From Phyllobates terribilis (Eukaryota): a stretch of 64,000 nt of DNA. Location of the stretch: contig NW_027362764.1 of NCBI RefSeq assembly GCF_046119375.1, positions 626,014,001 to 626,078,000 on the forward strand, read 5' to 3'. The position numbers and the translations under genes were made by a program. Positions within the stretch are counted from its first letter, which is position 1, and every line of letters starts with the position of its first letter. The notes under the pieces were generated by a model. The model made no database searches, was not told the origin of the DNA, and saw nothing but the letters and a program-made list of their open reading frames with translations. Of this stretch, positions 25,443 through 38,039 are shown in pieces.

Positions 25443-27307
25443 ACATGAATCGAATTGCAAATTGTTTGAATTCGCTGGGAATTCATAACATTTAACTCAA
25501 ATATCAAATACATCTAATTGTATCAATCATTCAATCATCTCTTCTATTTTCCCCTCACTGGGAAAATTCTGATAATAGTGTCCTGGACACAAATAGAATG
25601 AAACATAAAACATCAAAAACACAACAACTAAAAACCCCACATTGATTAATTAAAAAAGGGATTTGGTTTTGTATCCATTTTGGGAAATTTTCTTTCTTCA
25701 TGTTCTAGTAAGAAAAATATGCTAGCGATTTACATAAAACAGTTATATGAGATGTTATTTCCACTGTATTTCTCAGTGGCATATTTATTCTCAACAGACA
25801 AGCAATTCATAGCTGAAAAACAAAGCGAGTTGTTCTGTTCTCGCTGCAGTTTATTTTGAAACTATGGAAACATTGTTCAATGTTATAAAGCTCAGTTTGG
25901 TTCTATAGGAATATTTCTTTATTCAGCATAGAACACGTCATGTTTCAGATTGACTCATGTTGTACAATAATCTTTACATTAATTAATTTCGAATAGAAGG
26001 ATAACATTTCATTTATCGAAATTGTTCTCTGGGATGTAGGGATGTAGTTTTCTTCCTGTTACATCAGACAATGCAGTCCATCACTGTCACAGTTCATAGT
26101 AGTACATTGACTCAGGCAAGTTTTATACAAACAACTGTCAAGTAATTAAACATGATAGATATTAAAAAAAACATAATAGGCATTACAAAAAATCATTGCA
26201 GACATTGGGGTAACAAAAAGTTGTATGAACATGTACGTGAGGGGCTTCGATGGGAAATTAATACTTATTTTTTTTCCATCATTTTCCTTATTTGATCCAC
26301 TGGCAACCTAATTTTCCATTTTGTGATTTGCTTTTTGCCTCTCTTTCTTCCAAAAGTCCCATTTTTTCATTTTGCATTGACAAAACAATACAAGGGCATG
26401 TTTTTGCAAACCTAGTTGTAGTTATCAATAACACCTTTTACTCTACTACTGTATATAATGTACTGAAACAATGGGAAACAAATTCCACGTGAGCTGAAAT
26501 GGTGAATAAACCACAATTCAGCCATTGTTTTCGGGGTTTCATTTTTTACGGCATTAATTGTTCAATAAAAATGACCTAACGACTTGATTCTCTGGGTCAG
26601 TATGATTAGAGTGATACCAACTTGTAGAATTAGTTTTTATTGTTTTTAGTTTGTTTCACCATTTTACAAGACCCATAACTTTTTTATTTTTCCGGCAATT
26701 AAACTGTTCAAGGGTTTGTATTTTGAGTGCTGAGCTATTCTTTTTATTGGTGAAATTTGTGTTACATAAGGTATATTGATCTCTTTTGATTGCATTTTTT
26801 TGTGTAAATTATAGTGAGCAGCAATTGGTAGAAACTGCAATTTTGGCTTTTAAATTTTTTTTTCCTTTATGGCGTTTTCCATTATAGGTTAATAATTGTA
26901 TATTCTTATGTATCAGACAGTTATAAATATGGCAGTACTGAATATGCTTATTTATTACTGGATGGACGAATGAGGTGTGATTTGAATTTTTTAATGTTTT
27001 CATTTCAATATTTCCCACTGTATTTTTATGAACCTGCGATCATTTGTTTGCTTATGCTATATAGTACAGTACATTATATTTCCAATAAATAGAGCAATAC
27101 TTTAGCACTCTATTATTGCAGTTTATAGAAAAAAATCATGGTCTCCTGTGGAGATTCACTGAAGTGCCAAGATGTCTGTAATGGCCTTTGGCAAGGGTGG
27201 GTCTCGATTGCCCCAATAGCATTGCACAACTTGTAGGCTGCTGTCAGAGAATGGCATGCAAGAGCTTAAACAGCAGCAATTAGAGCTTTCTCCAATTGCT
27301 GCTGTTA

Positions 27308-27668
27308 GGCTTAGTGCCCACGATGCAGAAATGAAGCAGAAATTTTCCTGAGCATTTCTGCATCTCCTTGGCAGAAAAACGCATGCGGTTTTTCCATGCA
27401 TTTTTGACTCGTATGTGACGCGTTTTTGCATGCGTATTTGCCATGCGTTTTTCCAATGCATTGTATAGGCAAATACGCATGCAGAAATGCACAAGAATTG
27501 GTCATGTCCGTATTTTTTCAGCGAGTAAAATCTGCGCAGAAAAAATCCTGACCATGTACACAGAACTTGCAGAATGTCATAGGAAGTCATGGGATAAGGT
27601 ATGCAATGTGTTTCTGGAGAGTTTACGGGCTGCAATATGCACCGAAAACGCATTGTGGGCACACAGCC
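27308..27668. mobile_element. PIF/Harbinger-type MITE
   Basis: Termini GGCTTAGTGCCCAC...GTGGGCACACAGCC with TTA/TAA flanks and internal TGCG/ACGC repeats. Confidence 0.75.
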
Positions 27669-28017
27669 TAAGCCTTAAATGCAGGTGCTGGTTGTATTGC
27701 GCAGCTGCTACCTGCCCTTTACACCTACAATTGCAAATTTCCTGCTTTTCAGCTTTCAAGAAGCTGAGACCAGTTTCATATGTAACTGCTATGGAGCCTG
27801 TGGTAGATGGGGTACAACACTGAATTGCTTCCACTGCTTGTTCTAATTGGTATTGTGCCTACATGCAGCCACCACTTGGGAAAGCAAACTGTACACTGGT
27901 TTATACTGCTCCCACTGAATTTAAATGGGCTGTATAAGTTTTTTTTTTAAATGACCACAAAGCAATAACTAAACCTTCATATTGGAACCTGTGAAAAGCT
28001 CTGCAAATTGGTGGGGT

Positions 28018-29176
28018 CAGGGCCGGCGTCAGCACCCGGCGTACCCGGGCAAGTGCCGGGGCCCTGGAAAATCAGAGGGGCCCAGCCGCCCACTCACTGT
28101 CGGGGCCCGGGCCCACACACCCACCCACCCACTCACTGTCGGGGCCGGGCCCACACACTGTCGGGGCCGGGCCCACACACCCACCCGCCCACTCACTGTC
28201 GGGGCCGGGCCCACACACCCACCCGCCCACTCACTGTCGGGGCCGGGCCCACACACCCACCCGCCCACTCACTGTCGGGGCCGGGCCCACACACCCACCC
28301 GCCCACTCACTCACTGTCGGGGCCCTGGCCGCTTCCTCGGCACCTGTTCAGGGACGCAGGCGCTGCTTGATTGCCGGCACTTCCCCCAGACATTGCCGCG
28401 CGCTGTCTGGCTGTGTCTGCTAGTAATGACACGGCAGGGTCGACGGCACTGCACCTTTAATTGTGCTTGTGTGTCGCTCCTGCCGCGTCATTACTAGCAG
28501 ACACAGCCGCACAGCGCGCGGCCATGTCTGGGGGAGTGCCGGCAATCAAACACCGTCGGAGCGGAGGTCCTGCACAGATGGGCGGGAGGGGCCCGGACCC
28601 GACCGCAAGTGGGCCCCTCTGATGTTCCAGGGCCATGAAGTCTGTGACACGCCGGGGGCCCTGCACTGCCCCATACCCGAGGAGCTGCTGGACAGGACAC
28701 TGGACCGGGGACAGGTGAGTGAGGCTTCCCCAATCCCCATATTAAAAATATTAGTAATGGGTCTGTGTGAGTGCATGTATGTGAATGTCAGTGTATATGA
28801 CTGTGTATATATATTTGTCTGTTTTATCTATGTGTATGTCTGTATGTGTACATATGTCTGCGTACCGTGTGTGCGCGCGCATATGTCTGCGTACCGTGTG
28901 TGCGCACGCATATGTCTGCGTACCGTGTGTGCGTGCATATGTCTGCGTACCGTGTGTGCGTGTGCATATGTCTGCGTACCGTGTGTGCGCGCGCATATGT
29001 CTGCGTATGTGAAGGATGAGGGGGCAGGCTGGGCCATGTGTAATAAATAAATATATATATATATATTTATATATTTATTTCTCCGCCGTATCTGTGCATC
29101 ATGAATCGTGTATGTGTTAAAAGGGCCCACTGAGACTCTTTCGCCCGGGGCCCAGAAAAACCTGGAGCTGGCCCAG
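28018..29176 (+). mobile_element. Non-autonomous hAT element (CAGGGCCGGC termini), copy X
   Basis: Perfect 8-bp TSD GGTGGGGT at 28010-28017 and 29177-29184. Termini CAGGGCCGGC...GCTGGCCCAG. It contains a 39-bp minisatellite (about 28085-28325), an internal hairpin (about 28397-28520) and a 27-29-bp minisatellite (about 28851-29007). Confidence 0.92.
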
Positions 29177-29949
29177 GGTGGGGTCCAGATTCTGAGACCA
29201 CCTACCGAGCTCTCAAATTACTGTGCATAAGTGCTCAACTGACCATTCAGAACTCTCAGTTCCTACTTGAGCAATCACACAGTGGTGTACTATTGAGCCC
29301 GTACTCTTCTGTTTATATACTCATGCAAGAACTATGTGCCTCTGGCCGGAGAGTCTCTAGATCTGAAAGTCATTTAAAGAGCTTCATTGTATCAAAAAAC
29401 TTCTAAAGATTTACTCACACTTTACAATACAAAATTAAATAATACTCACTTTGTAAATCGTCTGCTGCTCCAGGTCCCCTGATCCAGTGGTCCCACCACT
29501 CTGTCAGCTGTCTTGCAGTGATGACATATGACCGCTTTTTGTACATGCCACTGCAAGACAGATATCAAAAACCACAGGGCCACTAAATAGGCAGGTGCTT
29601 TACCAAGTAAGCATAAGTTATTTTATTATCTTAATTAATTTCCGGCTTGTTACCATTTTTCTAAAATTTTGAACAACCCCTTTAATATAAGCAGTATAGA
29701 ACTATCTACCCTTAGCATGGCCGGCTCCAGGTTTTTGTGGGCCCTGGGCGAAAGAGTCTCAGTGTGCCCATTTAGCACATACCACGATTCATGATGCACA
29801 GATACCACAGAGAAATATATATATATAGTACAAGGCCAAAGATTTCACTTACTACATTACATGAGTGATATCTATTGTAAATTCTACAATAGCTCAGAAA
29901 CCGGCGAATCCTCACAGCGCACAGTGCAGACCGGAGAGTATAGTCCTCC

Positions 29950-31160
29950 ATACAGTATAATGGACCCCATAAAATGCTCCATACAGGATACTGGTCCCCA
30001 TATAATGCTCCATACAGGATACTGGTCCCCATATAACACTCCATACAGGATTCTGGTCCCCTTATAACGCTCCATACAGAGTACTGGCCCCCATAAAATG
30101 CTCCATACAGGATACTAGTCCCCATATAACACTCCATACAGAATACTGGTCTCCATATAATGCTCCATACAGGATTCTTGTCCCCATATAACGCTCCATA
30201 CAGGATACTGGTCCCCATATAAAGCTCCATACAGAATACTGGCCCCCATAAAATGCTCCATACAGGATACTGGTCCCCATATAAAGCTCCATACAGGATA
30301 CTGGTCCCCATATAATGCTCCATACAGGATACTGGTCCCCATATAACGCTCCATACAGAATACTGGCCCCCATAAAATGCTCCATACAGGATATTAGTCC
30401 CCATATAAAGCTCCATACAGGATACTGGTCTCCATATAACGCTCCATACAGGATACTGGTCCCCATATAACGCTCCATACAGGATACTGGTCCCCATATA
30501 ATGCTCCATACAGGATACTGGTCCCCATATAACGCTCCATACAGGATACTGGTCCCCATATAACGCTCCATACAGAGTACTGGCCCCCATAAAATGCTCC
30601 ATACAGGATACTAGTCCCCATATAACACTCCATACAGGATACTGGCCCCCATATAGCGCTCCATACAGAATACTGGCCCCCATATAACGCTCCATACAGA
30701 ATACTGGCCCCATAAAATGCTCCATACAGGATACTAGTTCCCATATAAAGCTCCATACAGGATCCTGGTCCCCATATAAAGCTCCATACAGAATACTGGC
30801 CCCCATAAAATGCTCCATACAGGATACTGGTCCCCATATAATGCTCCATACAGGATACTGGTCCCCATATAATGCTCCATACAGGATACTGGTCCCCATA
30901 TAATGCTCCATACAGAATACTGGCCCCCATAAAATGCTCCATACAGGATACTAGTTCCCATATAAAGCTCCATACAGGATACTGGTCTCCATATAACGCT
31001 CCATACAGGATACTGGTCCCCATATAACGCTCCATACAGGATACTGGCCCCCATATAGCGCTCCATACAGAATACTGGCCCCCATATAACGCTCCATACA
31101 GAATACTGGCCCCCATATAACACTCCATACAGAATACTGGCCCCTATATAGCGCTCCATG
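29950..31160. repeat. 31-bp minisatellite, about 39 copies
   Basis: Unit GCTCCATACAGGATACTGGTCCCCATATAAT. The 31-aa periodicity of the minus-strand ORFs equals three units. Confidence 0.96.
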
Positions 31161-31169
31161 CAGGCTGTT

Positions 31170-32390
31170 CCCCCCTTATAATGCCCCATACAGGATGTCA
31201 CCCACCTTATAATGCCCCATGCAGGATGTCACCCCCCCCTTTTAATGCCCTATGCAGGATGTCACCTCTCCCCCCTCCATATAATGTCCCATGCAGGATG
31301 TCACCTCTCCCCCCCATATAATACCCCTTGCAGGATGTCACTCCCCCCTTTAATGCCCCATGCAGGATGTCAGACCACCCCCTCCCTTATAATGCCCCAT
31401 GCAGTATGTCACACACCCACCCTCCTTATAATGCCCTATGCAGTATTTCACATACCCACCCTCCTTATAATGCCCCATGCAGGATGTCACCCCCCCTTTA
31501 TAATGCCCCATGCAGGATGTCACTTCCCCCCTCCCCCTCTTATAATGCCCCATGCAGGATGTCACTTCCCCCCTCCCCCTCTTATAATGCCCCATGCAGG
31601 ATGTCACTTCCCCCCTCCCCCTCTTATAATGCCCCATGCAGGATGTCACTTCCCCCCTCCCCCTCTTATGGTGCCCCATGCAGGATGTCACTTCCCCCCT
31701 CCCCCTCTTATAATGCCCCATGCAGGATGTCACTTCTCCCCTTCCCCTCTTATAATGCCCCATGCAGGATGTCACTTCCCCCCTCCCCCTCTTATAATGC
31801 CCCATGCAGGATGTCACTTCCCCCCTCCCCCTCTTATAATGCCCCATGCAGGATGTCACTTCCCCCCTTCCCCTCTTATAATGCCCCATGCAGGATGCCA
31901 CTTCCCCCTCCCCCTCTTATAATGCCCCATGCAGGATGTCACTTCCCCCTCCCCCTCTTATAATGCCCCATGCAGGATGTCACTTCCCCCCTCCCCCTCT
32001 TATAATGCCCCATGCAGGATGTCACTTCCCCCCTCCCCCTCTTATAATGCCCCATGCAGGATGTCACTTCCCCCTTCCCCTCTTATAATGCCCCATGCAG
32101 GATGCCACTTCACCCTCCCCCTCTTATAATGCCCCATGCAGGATGTCACTTCCCCCTCCCCCTCTTATAATGCCCCATGCAGGATGTCACTTCCCCCCTC
32201 CCCCTCTTACAATGCCTCATGCAGGATGTCGCACCCCCCTCACCTTATAATTAATGTACCATGCAGGATGTCACCCCCCTCCCTTATAATGCCCCATGCA
32301 GGATGTCACACACCCCCTCACCATATAATGCCCCATGCAGGATGTCACACACCCCCACCATACAACGCCCCATGCCCCCATACATGAAAA
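31170..32390. repeat. 41-42-bp minisatellite, about 29 copies
   Basis: Unit ATAATGCCCCATGCAGGATGTCACTTCCCCCTCCCCCTCTT. The 14-aa periodicity IMPHAGCHFPPPPL matches 42 bp. Confidence 0.96.
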
Positions 32391-34170
32391 AAATAAAAAA
32401 ATCCAATACTCACCTCACTTCTTACCTGCTGCTGGCGCTGCTCCGGACTCCAGCATCGCTCGCGTCTTCCCACTCTGCACTGTGACAGGTCAGGAGAGAG
32501 CGTGCATGGTGTAAAGACATCACCATGCCCTCTGACCTGAGACGTCACAGTAAGAGGACGCGGAAGACGGTGCGGAGGCACGAGGAGGGGTAAGTATTGT
32601 GCCGGCTGCCGGGGCCCTGAGGAACGGGGGGGCGGGGGGTGGCGGGCGCTGACACCGGCACTGCACCGCTCACGGGTCCCATAGCACGGCGGGTGCCCAA
32701 TGGCAGTGGGCCCCTCCGCCTGCTAAGGGCCCCGGCACTTGCCCGGGTGCGCCGGGTGCTGACGCCGGCCCTGACCCTTAGCCTCCCCTAAGTGCAGCCA
32801 GAATTATATAAATCATCAAGTAATAAACATAGAACTTCATGAATATAGATATATTACACTACTATACAGTGATTTTGGTGCCACCTATGTCTGAACGATT
32901 TTATATTAAGTTGGTAGTGCTGTTTAAGAATATGACTTCGGTTTTGCCAGATTGGCTCTAGTTTCTGAGATATTTAATAGTTAATTAATTACAGTAGAAT
33001 TCTGGATTCAAAAAGTTGATTTTATAGCATTATAAGCCTAAAAATTGAAATATAAAATAATTGTATGGGATATTTCATTAGCTAAGACAGTGTTAAAAAG
33101 TCAAAAGACCAAAATCTATTCCATTTGTTATCACACACAAGTCACATTGGGGAATGCATTATTTTCATGGATGAATTATGTCAAAAACTAGCACCAATTC
33201 AGCAAAAGTAATGTGATTTTTGAATTCAGCACCCTCAAAATACCCTAAATCCTTTCAAAAAACCTTGGCAATTGAAACATTTTTTTAGACCTGTGTTATG
33301 AAATGATACTGCGTACAATTTTTTACTACCACAACAAAAAACTAAAACTAAATAAGTCCAGTTTTTTTTTAGGAAGATATCCTCAAGAATTTTTTAAAGG
33401 AATAAACAAACTTTATTTCAATCCAATTAAAACAAAATGATTAAAATTCAGATACTTTCAATATCAAGAGCTCAACTATCGCTTGCAGACTTATATCATA
33501 ATTGTAGGTTTCCTCATGAGTTTGATAAATGATAATTAAATACTAAAACCCATGCAAGTATCCTTTCTATTGCACTCATTCCCTGATGATAAAGTGCTAG
33601 TGCAAAAAATGTTCTAAAACATGATTAAGGGTACTATAGATCTCAACACTATTATAGCGGTTTAATGCCCAAAGTATAAAGAGCAAGTGCCAAGCATTTT
33701 TATGTGCTGTAGAAATCTACCATATATCATGTCCTGTCAACTGCATTCAAGCAAGGGTACTATGTGCAAAGACAAATATGTAGTTACGTGGGAAACATAT
33801 TGTACAATCAGGGATGGTGTCACTGAGGGTATAATAGTAATGATTCTGGTGGGGGTACTTACATGGCTCAATTTGGAACTCTGCAGGAGATAGGGCTGAG
33901 GTCTACCCCGACGCCGCCATTTCGTCTTGGGCTTCTTCCAAAAGGTGGCATTAACCATGTGTATTCAGCGTACCATTTATATATCCCACCCATCAGCTGT
34001 ATCAGGTATCCCTAATGTAGCAGAGTGGTTGCGGTGCATGCGTTGGTGACGTAGGTTTCCTGTGAGCTAATGGGACTCCTGGTATCCCTGTGCTTGACAC
34101 GCATATGGTGAAACGCATACTGTGTCTATTGCGCAGGGCTGGAAGTCTAAAGGGCCCATACACGCTCGCA

Positions 34171-35203
34171 TGTGACGCGCCCCTGGGCCTGTGTCGCGCT
34201 GCGTTGCGCACGCGGGAGCTTACCCGGAGCCGGATCTCTTGAGGGTTGTAGTCTCGTGGCGGTGACCCGGTCCGTGCCCAGGGAGTCAAACTGAGCGGCG
34301 ATGTAACAGCGGTAGATGTAGGACGACTACGCCACCCGATGAATGCAGCTATGGAGCTGCCGCTGCAGGACAGTCCGCTGAGGCCGGTGGATGGATGGTG
34401 CAGCATAGATGGTATAACCCCCAACGGGAGGGGTATGGCCTCAGGGCAGCAGATGTGGATGATGGGGGTAGCAGGAACCACTCAGAGACGGTGCGGTGTA
34501 ATTCAGGGTCTTTACTGGTAACAACGATAGACCCTCCCGGAGTACTTGCTAGTGAACGGGGCCTGGTCAGTCCTTGAGCAGATGGGATCTCCCCTGGCCA
34601 GGCGGAGTTGTAGGCCTCCCAAACTGACTCTACTCTTCTGGCTACCTTGCTAGAAGCGGATATAAGTAGCCCACGTCCCTGAGTGTACCGTGTGGTGCTC
34701 ACCCGTATGGCCGGTGACTCGGGGCCTTCTAATGGCTTCCGCTCCACGATGGCGGTGCTGGTCCCACGCGTGTGACCGTGCCTTCGGGTTTCTGGGCCTG
34801 AGGACCTGAAATCCCCTGCCGGTCGGCTTCTGCTGCTGGGTAAGAGTTAGTCCCCACAGCCTCGGACGCCGGGTCCGGTAAGAAAGCTTCTCAGTCAGGG
34901 CGAGCTCTGCAGCTGCCAGCCCCTGACTCGTAGTAGTATTGCTTCTGCTGTTTCTTGTCTCTACTCTCCTTGACTGACTAACCCTGCCTCAGCCCAAGGT
35001 TTATACAGGGGAAGTCCTTCCCCTCCCAAGACTGGGCAGGAGGTGTGGCATGCACAGGATCCCTGACCAAAGGACCTCCCACCTGCTCTCAGACATAACA
35101 TTACATTACTGTGGAAAACCAGACCCCTGGGGTGCCACACATGCACATCTTCTGCTAAGATTCCCCATATTGGGGTGGCGGTGTGCAAAAGGGGTGTGTG
35201 ACA
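34171..35203 (-). mobile_element. Solo LTR (about 1.03 kb), probably Gypsy
   Basis: TGTGAC...GTGACA termini, a minus-strand TATAAA near 35005, and a closely similar second copy at 63391-64000. No TSD was recognised. Confidence 0.8.
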
Positions 35204-35489
35204 GAATGCGGAGCAGGGAATATAAATCCTAAGGTGCGCAGTATCTGTACTTAGAAATTAAGATGAGAAGGAAGGATGTGCCTAAGAAAGGGTATGAAGA
35301 AAATCATCTGAGGTGATGAATGTGAAGTGACGAAGTTAATAATGCTTCAAAATGCTATACAATTCTTGTGAAATGAATGAATGGTGTGAAGGTAATATAC
35401 AGTATGTGTGTAGATGAAATGTGCTAAATAAAATACTCTAAATGTTGTATATATCCAGTGAAATGAGTGGATAATATGAAGGTAATATA

Positions 35490-37098
35490 CAGTGGGCACA
35501 GAAAGTATTCAGATCCCTTTAATTTTTTCACGCTTTGTTTCATTGCAGCCATTTGGTAAATTCTAAAAAGATATATTTTTTTCTCATTAAAGTACACTAT
35601 GCACCCCATCTTGACTGAAAAAAAAACAGAAATGTAGAAATTTTTGCAAATGTATTAAAAAAGAAAAAATGAAATATCACATGGTCATAAGTATTCAGAC
35701 CCTTTGCTCAGCATTGAGTAGAAGCACCCTTTTGAACTACTACAGCCATGAGTCTTCTTGGGAATGGTGCAACAAGTTTTTCACACCTGGATTTTGGGAT
35801 CTTCCTTGCAGATCCTCTCCAGTTCCGTGAGGTTGGATGGTGAACGTTGGTGGACTGACATTTTCAGGTCTCTCCAGAGATGCTCAATTGGGTTTAGGTC
35901 AGGGCTCTGGCTGGGCCAGTCAAGAATGGTCACAGAGTTGTTCTGAAGCCACTCCTTTGTTATTTTAGCTGTGTGCTTAGGGTCATTGTCTCGTTGGAAG
36001 GTGAACCTTCAGCCAAGTCTGAGGTCCAGAGCACTGTGGAAGAGGTTTTCATCCAGGATATCTCTGTACTTGGCCGCATTCATGTTTCCTTCAATTGCAA
36101 CCAGTCGTCCTGTCCCTGCAGCTGAAAAACACCCCCATAGCATAATGCTGCCACCACCATGTTTCACTGTTGGGATTGTATTGGGCAGGTGATGAGCAGT
36201 GCCTGGTTTTCTCCACACATACCGCTTAGAATTATCACCAAAAAGTTCTACCTTCGTCTCATCAGACCAGAGAATCTTATTTCTCATAGTTTGGGAGTCC
36301 TTCATGTGTTTTTGAGCAAACTCTATGCAGGCTTTCATATGTCTTGCACTGAGGAGAGGTGTCCATCGGGTCATTCTGCCATAAAGACCCGACTGGTGGA
36401 GGGCTGCAGTGATAGTTGACTTTGTGGAACTTTCTCCCACCTCCCTACTGCATTTCTGGAGCTCAGCCACAGTGATCTTGGGGTTCTTCTTTACCTCTCT
36501 CACCAAGGCTCTTCTCCCATGATTGCTCAGTTTGGCTGGATGGCTAGGTCAAGGAAGACTTCTGGTGGTCCCAAACTTCTTCCATTTAAGAATTATGGAG
36601 GCCACTGTGCTCTTAGGAACCTTGAGTAATGCAGAAATTTTTTTGTAACCTTGGCCAGATCTGTGCCTTGCCACAGTTCTGTCTCTGAGCTCCTTGGGCA
36701 GTTCCTTTGAGCTCATGATTCTCATTTGGTCTGACATGCACTGTGAGCTTTGAGGTCTTATATAGACAGGTGTGTGCCTTTCCAAATCAAGTCCTATCAG
36801 TTTAATTAAACACAGCTGGACTCCAATGAAGGAGTAGAACCATCTCAAGGAGGATCACAAGGAATTGGACAGCATGTGACTTAAATACGATTGTCTGAGC
36901 AAAGGGTCTGAATACTTATTACTTTTTCTTTTATAATATATTTGCAAAATTTTCCATAATTATATTTTTTTTCAGTCAAGATGGGGTGCAGAGTGTAATT
37001 TAATTAGAAAAAATGAACTTTTTAGAATTTACCAAATGGCTGCAATGAAACAAAGAGTGAAAAATTGAAAGGGGTCGGAATACTTTCCATACCTACTG
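35490..37098 (-). mobile_element. Near full-length IR/DR-type Tc1 transposon (1.6 kb), transposase disrupted
   Basis: TA flanks and about 210-bp IRs with inner GTCTGAATAC direct repeats. The minus strand reads MSSKELPKELRDRTVARHRSGQGYKKIS... and [13 protein letters not shown]...[20 protein letters not shown]. Confidence 0.95.
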
Positions 37099-38039
37099 TA
37101 TGTGTACAAATCAAAATGAAATGGGGATGACACTAAGATAATAATATATCAGAATAGTGTGGTGACATATAATTTAACAAGGAAATACAAAGGGGAGTGA
37201 GTGGTGTGAAAGTGAATGTGTGTGTGTAAAAAATGTGGTGAATGTGGGAAAAGAAAGGACAAACACAGAAGTATGTATAGAGACATGGACATGAATAGAA
37301 AGTGCTATACATAATAGAATAACTACTCATTATAATACCAAAGCACAGTGCAGATAGTAAATACAGAATATACTAATCGTGAGCTATAATCCGTATATAT
37401 TATAAAATGTTTACAATATACATTAATGCTGAATTCGAATCCATACATACTGTAAAGCAGATAGCAAGGACAAGCTACATCTCAATAATATACATATCTC
37501 CTATTATCCAATGGTATAAAGGATGTCATCCACCATTAGAGTCCTTCTCGCAGTTTTTTGTGATCATATAAAAATTATTGATCATGCATACAGTCCCTTG
37601 GACATATCTCATGGAGATAAAGGTCCTTAAAAAAGTCCACTTAATTGGAATAGTGTAAATAATTTCCAATGTTCCAGTCATTTTTCTTATTCTTCTATAA
37701 TCACATCAAGAGCAAGTCCTGACAACAGATGCCAGCCAACCACCGCGGCCCTCACTCCCGACAACTTCCCAATGCACACATGCTCCTCCAGATCCAACAG
37801 CTCGCTCCGATGCCAACCCGATGCCAGCAGGTGAGTACTAAGGAATAAATAATAAAATAAAAGTTAAAATCACATAATAAAAGATGATTTAATAGAGGTG
37901 CTTCACAGGATGTAGAGAGGTAAGTATTATAAATATATAGAGACTCACTACATTGACAAAGCGGAAAGCCATGAGAGGAAAAGGACCCCAGGGAACAGCC
38001 GAAAGAGGAGACCCAACAGAGTAATCCAAGGGTTGTATC

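Larger units (their letters stand above)
29716..32773 (-). mobile_element. Non-autonomous hAT element of the same family, inverted, copy Y
   Basis: Perfect 8-bp TSD ACCCTTAG at 29708-29715 and 32774-32781. Both ends are reverse complements of the ends of copy X. Confidence 0.93.

Noticed and set aside
25443-25540. Possible right end of hAT copy 2
   Set aside because: GAATTCGC/GAATCGAA motifs and ATCATCTCT suggest a remnant of a different hAT subfamily, and the TSD GTTTCTAC is absent.
26069-26116. Candidate exon TMQSITVTVHSSTLTQ with a GC donor
   Set aside because: Short, non-canonical donor, and no recognisable homology.
29772-32129. Long repetitive ORFs (379, 244, 236, 211 aa)
   Set aside because: Their periodicity is exactly that of the 31-bp and 42-bp minisatellites, and several frames on both strands are open. 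They are repeat artefacts inside a non-autonomous hAT.
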